Virus record (IMG/VR): IMGVR_UViG_3300031784_000006
Strand: one strand, 5' to 3'
Origin: a virus
Taxonomy: Duplodnaviria; Caudoviricetes
Length of the DNA stretch: 64,000 nt
The notes below the pieces were generated by a model. That model was not told where the DNA came from. It saw only the letters and a program-made list of their open reading frames with translations, and did not search any database. Of the stretch, positions 59,534-64,000 are shown piece after piece; positions within the stretch are counted from its first letter, which is position 1; each line of letters begins with the position of its first letter. A program made the position numbers and the translations under genes.

Positions 59534-59675
59534 GGTCAATTTCTCCTCCTTTGATTTCAACATTTTCAAGAATAGTGACGATAGAATTGTTTGGGGTAAG
59601 ATACTGAACTTGTAAAACATTCGGTGCAATTTCAGTCGCTCCGATAATGGTTGATGCAATCAGAAGTTCAATCAT
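59526..59675 (-). CDS. Small early protein (49 aa) with hydrophobic N-terminus
   Basis: Hand translation MIELLIASTIIGATEIAPNVLQVQYLTPNNSIVTILENVEIKGGEIDHD. Confidence 0.6.
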   Translation of the reverse strand: MIELLIASTIIGATEIAPNVLQVQYLTPNNSIVTILENVEIKGGEIDHD

Positions 59676-59782
59676 TGTGGCGAAATAATGTCTGCTACAG
59701 TGTGCAATGCGCTTGCAGTAGTGTTGCGAACTCCAGGTGATAAAATACTCGCAACGATGAAGATTAACAGAATTGTCTTCAA
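59672..59782 (-). CDS. Small hydrophobic peptide (36 aa, TTG start)
   Basis: Hand translation (M)KTILLIFIVASILSPGVRNTTASALHTVADIISPQ; coupled to both neighbours. Confidence 0.45.
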   Translation of the reverse strand: MKTILLIFIVASILSPGVRNTTASALHTVADIISPQ

Positions 59783-59976
59783 TTTACTACGTCGTAGCGA
59801 AGTGATTTTATGCACCATCCTGTATTGTTTGTGATAACATCTGCAAGACAATCCTCACCATCAGGTGAATCCCACAGACAATTCTTTGCATCATTTACAA
59901 TCTCATCTTTCTCTTCTTCAGTGAGATCTTCGTAGTCAAAATCAAACTCAATTTCAGTTACTTTGTAGAAGTTCAT
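59779..59976 (-). CDS. Early hypothetical protein
   Basis: 65 aa; first gene after repeat copy 5. Confidence 0.7.
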   Translation of the reverse strand: MNFYKVTEIEFDFDYEDLTEEEKDEIVNDAKNCLWDSPDGEDCLADVITNNTGWCIKSLRYDVVN

Positions 59977-60029
59977 TGTGGTTTCTCAGTGCTTATACTA
60001 CTAGGACAATCTCAGGGGCCCAGTTTCTA

Positions 60030-60620
60030 TCAGAACAGATTGCGACCAAAAGATCCACACAAATAAAACGCCATTCCCTTATCCTTAAGCGTCACACCTG
60101 CAAATGTCAGAGGTACATAGCGGCCGTTGGTTTTAGATGCTTTCGTGCGAATCTGCAGCAATCCGTTAGGTCCAGTGATGGTTCCTAGTTGTTTACCAGC
60201 ATCGAAAAGTGTGCGAATGCTGTTACAAATGAACTCATAATCCTCACGCAATTCTTGATAGTGCTCCGCATGAGTTTCCTCATTCAGAATAGCGGAACCC
60301 ATATAATCGTTCTCACGAGTGAATCCAACATACAGAGTTTGCTTTAGTTTCTGCCCGACTTTGCTATCATCAAACGAGACAGAATCTTCGATGATTTCAG
60401 ATAGACAATGCTTCAACTGTGTGGCAGCAATCGACTCTCCAACTGTGAAAGTCTTAATTTCCCCATCTTCCAGATCTTGCAGGTCAGAAGAGTTAGGAAC
60501 TCCCAGTGCAATTTCTAACAGTTGCCCACGAGCACCTTTGTTCTTTCCTGGTTTATCAAATGCACTGAAGTCAGTAACATTCAGTTTCGCAAATACTTCG
60601 TTCGTTGTCAGTTTTGGCAT
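60030..60620 (-). CDS. MutH/Sau3AI-like PD-(D/E)xK endonuclease
   Basis: NKGARGQLLEIALG..SDLQDLEDGEIKT parallels MutH NKGWIGVLLE.WLG..QDF...GVELKT; C-terminal LLQIRTKA..AFYL..SF parallels MutH LQIRPKA..GFYLKKNF. Confidence 0.8.
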   Translation of the reverse strand: MPKLTTNEVFAKLNVTDFSAFDKPGKNKGARGQLLEIALGVPNSSDLQDLEDGEIKTFTVGESIAATQLKHCLSEIIEDSVSFDDSKVGQKLKQTLYVGFTRENDYMGSAILNEETHAEHYQELREDYEFICNSIRTLFDAGKQLGTITGPNGLLQIRTKASKTNGRYVPLTFAGVTLKDKGMAFYLCGSFGRNLF

Positions 60621-60667
60621 CGTGGTTGTGCTCTTATACTACAAGGACAATCTCAGGGGCCCAGTTT

Positions 60668-60907
60668 CTATTGCCCAACAAGATCGTTTGCAACTTCATC
60701 ATCATAGATTTCGCGGATTTCTTCAATCAACTCATCTACAGTTTCAAACTGTTTCGTGAGGTTATCAATGAGAGTATCAAGTGCAAACTGTTCGAGAGAT
60801 TTGTAATCCATACCATCCAAAATCATCTGAGCATAGTTCTCAACAACAGTGCTAAAATCAGGAGTCATTTCAGTCATTTTGTTTGTGGGATTAGGAAGGG
60901 AAATCAT
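60668..60907 (-). CDS. Acidic early hypothetical protein
   Basis: 79 aa, YAQMILDGMDYKSLEQFALD. Confidence 0.7.
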   Translation of the reverse strand: MISLPNPTNKMTEMTPDFSTVVENYAQMILDGMDYKSLEQFALDTLIDNLTKQFETVDELIEEIREIYDDEVANDLVGQ

Positions 60908-61125
60908 TGAATAACAGTGTTCACATCAGGATTGAAAGTAACCTCATGGAGCACATCAAAATCATCACTCATCTTGACATAATTCCAGAGAGTGTCAGTC
61001 TCATCATCCACATTTTCCTGATAAAGGTGAATGAAACCGTCATCATCTTGTTTTACATAACAACCATCATAATTTTCATCATCAAATACATAACCAGATG
61101 CAATCAGTGCGTCAGTAAAAGTCAT
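60904..61125 (-). CDS. Acidic early hypothetical protein (ATG start at 61125)
   Basis: MTFTDALIASGYVFDDENYDGCYVKQD.. Confidence 0.7.
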   Translation of the reverse strand: MTFTDALIASGYVFDDENYDGCYVKQDDDGFIHLYQENVDDETDTLWNYVKMSDDFDVLHEVTFNPDVNTVIQ

Positions 61126-61127
61126 AA

Positions 61128-61301
61128 TCAATCAACAACAGAGTAACAGGCAACCCAGGAAGGAATACCCGAAAGTGCTAAAGAACCGTTGCGGTCGTCG
61201 CAATACTCTTGGGCATCATCTTCACTGTAGAAAGGTCCAACATACTCAGGAGAATTGAGTGCATTGGAATCGAATCGAACTGTGAAAGTGGTTTGTGTCA
61301 T
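61128..61301 (-). CDS. Early hypothetical protein (57 aa)
   Basis: Hand translation MTQTTFTVRFDSNALNSPEYVGPFYSEDDAQEYCDDRNGSLALSGIPSWVACYSVVD; only ATG is inside repeat copy 7. Confidence 0.65.
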   Translation of the reverse strand: MTQTTFTVRFDSNALNSPEYVGPFYSEDDAQEYCDDRNGSLALSGIPSWVACYSVVD

Positions 61302-61330
61302 ACTACAGGGACAATCTCAGGGGCCCAGTT

Positions 61331-61504
61331 TCAATAACCGTTCAGAAAGTCAGCAAGTGCTTCCTGATACTCAGCTTCAGTCTCAAAGGTACGATAACCA
61401 ATCGTGCAAGGAAAGGTACGCTTTGAAGCAGAAGCTTTAGGCAGGTCACGACACTTATCGAGAACCTGTTGCTTGTAAGGATTGGCGTTGTAGTTAGTGT
61501 TCAT
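61331..61504 (-). CDS. Early hypothetical protein (57 aa)
   Basis: Hand translation MNTNYNANPYKQQVLDKCRDLPKASASKRTFPCTIGYRTFETEAEYQEALADFLNGY; fills the interval between copies 8 and 7. Confidence 0.65.
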   Translation of the reverse strand: MNTNYNANPYKQQVLDKCRDLPKASASKRTFPCTIGYRTFETEAEYQEALADFLNGY

Positions 61505-61531
61505 ACTATAGGGACAATCTCAAGGGCCCAA

Positions 61532-61675
61532 TTACTTAAACGTTGCATTGACACCAATCACCTTTGCTGTAGGATTTCGTGCTGTTGCTGTTTCGCGGGC
61601 ATCTTTTGGGGAGTTAGCATACACTTCCTCTTTGAAGACTTTACCACCAACGTAGAGTTGAACTTCGTATTTCAT
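61532..61675 (-). CDS. Early hypothetical protein (47 aa)
   Basis: Hand translation MKYEVQLYVGGKVFKEEVYANSPKDARETATARNPTAKVIGVNATFK. Confidence 0.7.
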   Translation of the reverse strand: MKYEVQLYVGGKVFKEEVYANSPKDARETATARNPTAKVIGVNATFK

Positions 61676-61866
61676 AGTGTTTGAAACTCCTGTGCTTCTT
61701 TGATGTTAGAATTGAAAAACTTTTGGAAGATGGAATCAATCACAGGATACCATTCTTCGTTACCACTTGGGTATCCACATTCTCGTGCTTGATTGAGAAA
61801 CTTTAAGATGCAAGTTTCCTCATTAGCAGTGAACTCAACGCGATTGAAAGTGTAACCGTCAGTCAT
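61672..61866 (-). CDS. Early hypothetical protein
   Basis: 64 aa ORF coupled to neighbours. Confidence 0.65.
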   Translation of the reverse strand: MTDGYTFNRVEFTANEETCILKFLNQARECGYPSGNEEWYPVIDSIFQKFFNSNIKEAQEFQTL

Positions 61867-61868
61867 AA

Positions 61869-62144
61869 TCAGTTCACCGATTCTTGGTAGATTGACATAC
61901 CCTTACGCATAGAAATGTAGTCATCAATCATCTCACCAATCTGTTCATAAACGTAGGAAGAACCTCCTACATCACAGAGCACATCTTCAGTGAGTTGTTT
62001 AGAGAAACGCACTTCCTTATCATTAGCATCAAACTCAAAGACATCCTCTTGAGTGTATATAAACGCAGCACAACCTGCGTCTTCACCTTGTTGCTCAATC
62101 AGTTGGTTGATTGAATCACGGAGTTGGGAAAGTGTGCGGAACAT
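61869..62144 (-). CDS. Early hypothetical protein (start corrected to MFRTLSQ)
   Basis: 91 aa; track start overlaps the upstream ORF. Confidence 0.65.
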   Translation of the reverse strand: MFRTLSQLRDSINQLIEQQGEDAGCAAFIYTQEDVFEFDANDKEVRFSKQLTEDVLCDVGGSSYVYEQIGEMIDDYISMRKGMSIYQESVN

Positions 62145-62146
62145 AA

Positions 62147-62311
62147 TCAGGAATAAACAGGAATAGAGGTGATTTCTTTCCACTCTCGTGGGAAGATTTC
62201 GTTGGCAATTTTTTCGTTCAGTTTGACACAGTTGAGAGGTTTGATGTTACTTTTGCGTTGGAACTTCTCAACAGTTCCATCTCTAAACTCAACGCGAATG
62301 TTGTAAAGCAT
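62147..62311 (-). CDS. Early hypothetical protein (start corrected to MLYNIRV)
   Basis: 54 aa; begins 2 nt after the upstream stop. Confidence 0.6.
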   Translation of the reverse strand: MLYNIRVEFRDGTVEKFQRKSNIKPLNCVKLNEKIANEIFPREWKEITSIPVYS

Positions 62312-62313
62312 AA

Positions 62314-62553
62314 TCAAGCAGGAAGGATACAGAAAGTGCCACACCAACCGCGAACCCAGTTTAGAGTTTCATGGTAAGATGTGCGAGGATTGCTCATCTC
62401 CATCTTGGAACCGTTGCTAGGATTGTATGCAACAGCGACATAGAGATTGTCGCACTCTTTATCAGTGATTTGCTCAATCCACATTTGATTGACTTTACCT
62501 TCCTTCCAATTTGTGTGGTAGGAGTAGACTTCGGAAACGATGGTGTTGCTCAT
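62314..62553 (-). CDS. Early hypothetical protein
   Basis: 79 aa; ATG inside repeat copy 9. Confidence 0.65.
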   Translation of the reverse strand: MSNTIVSEVYSYHTNWKEGKVNQMWIEQITDKECDNLYVAVAYNPSNGSKMEMSNPRTSYHETLNWVRGWCGTFCILPA

Positions 62554-62586
62554 ACTATAGGGACAATCTCAAGGGCCCAGTTTCAA

Positions 62587-62841
62587 TCACCAGCGGCCTT
62601 GTTGAATGAGAATCTTTTTTATCTCAGTATAAATGAACTGACGAAGTTTAGCGTCTGTGGTGTTATCAAGAGCATAATACAGTCGATTCAGATACTCATT
62701 CTGCGTAAGACCTATGTTACCATCACCACCAATCTCATTGAGTGATGAACCTGCTTTAGCTTTGGGGCGTCCAAAGTTACCTGTGACGTTGCCAGATGTC
62801 CTCAGTTTGGGACGAATCTTTGAGAGGTTAGAGTAAGTCAT
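62587..62841 (-). CDS. Early hypothetical protein
   Basis: 84 aa, YSNLSKIRPKLRTSG..GNFG. Confidence 0.7.
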   Translation of the reverse strand: MTYSNLSKIRPKLRTSGNVTGNFGRPKAKAGSSLNEIGGDGNIGLTQNEYLNRLYYALDNTTDAKLRQFIYTEIKKILIQQGRW

Positions 62842-63020
62842 TCATCTTCCTCATAAGGGAACATTTCGTCATACTCTTCGTCTGTGAGAGTAAGATACTG
62901 AACGTTAGCATTTTTGTGCTCTTCAGCATACACCAACTGATAATGTGCGAAAGAAGAAGGGTCAGAACTAGCAAACTCTAGCAGACCATCAACAAAACAA
63001 AGGTAATTCATGTTACTCAT
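62838..63020 (-). CDS. Acidic early hypothetical protein (start corrected to MSNMNY)
   Basis: 60 aa; ATGA-coupled on both sides. Confidence 0.65.
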   Translation of the reverse strand: MSNMNYLCFVDGLLEFASSDPSSFAHYQLVYAEEHKNANVQYLTLTDEEYDEMFPYEEDE

Positions 63021-63448
63021 TTTGCGTACAGATAACCACCAGACCAATCAGCATTTTCCAGCAGATATTCACGATCCTTTATCAATCGCAAATCATAACG
63101 AACACCTTTCGCAGGAGATTTCCAGGAGGCAGACTTATACATTTCACCAGTGTTCTTATCAATGAAGCAATGAACAGAGCGAGACATACCACTGGTAATC
63201 ATAATCACTTTATGATACTTTTTACCAGTTTCAATCTCATACTCAATAGGACAAAATCCACTCTTGAGTTCATCAATACAGCGCAGATGATACTCTACAC
63301 TTTCACCACGCTCCGCAGAACGCTGATGCCCACGAATAGCGTACTGACGATAATTGTCTTTCAGTGCTTCAATCAGCAGCAGAGTATTCTTAAGGACGCT
63401 TTCTGCGATAGTTTGTTGTGCTTGTGCTTGCATCGTAGGAGTGCTCAT
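63017..63448 (-). CDS. Early hypothetical protein
   Basis: 143 aa, ETGKKYHKVI..RSVHCFIDKNTGEMYKSASWKSPAKGVRYDL; ATG inside repeat copy 10, alternative start at 63433. Confidence 0.75.
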   Translation of the reverse strand: MSTPTMQAQAQQTIAESVLKNTLLLIEALKDNYRQYAIRGHQRSAERGESVEYHLRCIDELKSGFCPIEYEIETGKKYHKVIMITSGMSRSVHCFIDKNTGEMYKSASWKSPAKGVRYDLRLIKDREYLLENADWSGGYLYAK

Positions 63449-63475
63449 ACTATAGGGACAATCTCAAGGGCCCAG

Positions 63476-64000
63476 TTACCAACTCTTTGCAAGAGTGAAG
63501 TTCAACCTGCTAAACTCTTCACGATTCACAATCTTGTAAGACCCAAACTTGTTGTGCATTACGAATCCTTCGTGATCGCTGAGTTCACCATCAATCTCAC
63601 AAGTAATGTCAGTGTCAGACTCAATGAAGCAGAACAAATCCATCTTGATAGACTCAACCAACTTCCAAAGCCGCATCAGGTTGATGTCAACATCATAATT
63701 TTCTGCAATTTCATGCTCATCCACCTCCTTACCCTCACGAACGTAGGAATTGATGATTTTTTTGAGTTCTGCTGCTTGCTTTACATTCACGAACTCACAA
63801 AGTGTGCTCATTTGCTTGGCAAACTTGCAGAAGTCTTCAATATCATCACGGAAGGGACAAATAGACACACTAGGTTGCACAAACAAGCATTTTTTAGTGC
63901 TTGCAAACTTACCCACGATAGGATGAGCTACCATCTCAGGCAGACGCTCACCAGTGTAATATGTGTGAGGGGCAATGATAATCTCCTGACGAACAATCTC
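63476..64000 (-). CDS. C-terminal part of a ligase-like (nucleotidyltransferase-fold) hypothetical protein; 5' end outside window
   Basis: Frame is open from 64000 (EIVRQEIIIAPHTYY..) into track ORF 63476..63934; ends HEGFVMHNKFGSYKIVNREEFSRLNF. Confidence 0.5.
   Translation of the reverse strand, partial: EIVRQEIIIAPHTYYTGERLPEMVAHPIVGKFASTKKCLFVQPSVSICPFRDDIEDFCKFAKQMSTLCEFVNVKQAAELKKIINSYVREGKEVDEHEIAENYDVDINLMRLWKLVESIKMDLFCFIESDTDITCEIDGELSDHEGFVMHNKFGSYKIVNREEFSRLNFTLAKSW

Larger units (their letters stand above)
57155..63476 (-). repeat. Ten dispersed copies of a 30-bp promoter-like element heading gene cassettes
   Basis: Plus-strand ATACTA-NNN-GGACAATCTCA-R-GGGCCCA-RT at 57155, 58577, 59127, 59361, 59995, 60636, 61300, 61503, 62552, 63447 (copy 1 begins ACACTA); all ungapped. 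Confidence 0.97.

Noticed and set aside
57155-63476. CRISPR array interpretation of the 30-bp repeats
   Set aside because: Intervals are 203-1422 bp, highly unequal and full of ORFs; no cas genes in the window
57155-63476. Integron attC interpretation
   Set aside because: No long imperfect palindrome or paired RYYYAAC/GTTRRRY ends, and no integrase in the window
59361-63476. CTATAGGGA in four repeat copies resembles the T7 promoter initiation site on the plus strand
   Set aside because: Upstream TAATACGACTCA is absent, orientation is antisense to all genes, six copies lack it, and no single-subunit RNA polymerase is seen
1-64000. Stop-codon reassignment or a diversity-generating retroelement
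   Set aside because: Core genes are intact under the standard code with all three stops used; no reverse transcriptase or adenine-mismatched repeat pair seen

Overview
64 kb of a T4-like cyanomyovirus (Kyanoviridae-type) genome; almost every gene is on the minus strand, and the cyanobacterial host is inferred from gene content and order. Reading in the direction of transcription (64 kb down to 1): (i) an early/accessory region (about 56.5-64 kb) of small ORFs partitioned by ten near-identical 30-bp elements, including a MutH/Sau3AI-like nuclease and a candidate origin with cyanobacterial DnaA boxes; (ii) the late virion module: gp25, gp6, gp7 (4122 aa), fibre, gp8, a VrlC-like protein split into three genes, gp13-16, putative internal head proteins, gp17-23 and gp3; (iii) uvsY, uvsW, gp55, gp47, gp46 and a partial HEXXH peptidase. 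About 15 short ORFs missing from the track were read by hand. Strongest leads: the repeat-headed gene-cassette array, the tripartite VrlC with a split S74 chaperone, capsid-targeted peptides/polyprotein with gp21-type cleavage sites, an NblA-like gene inside the neck operon, and two plus-strand sigma70 promoters facing against the gene flow. All family calls are from motif recognition; no database search was run.
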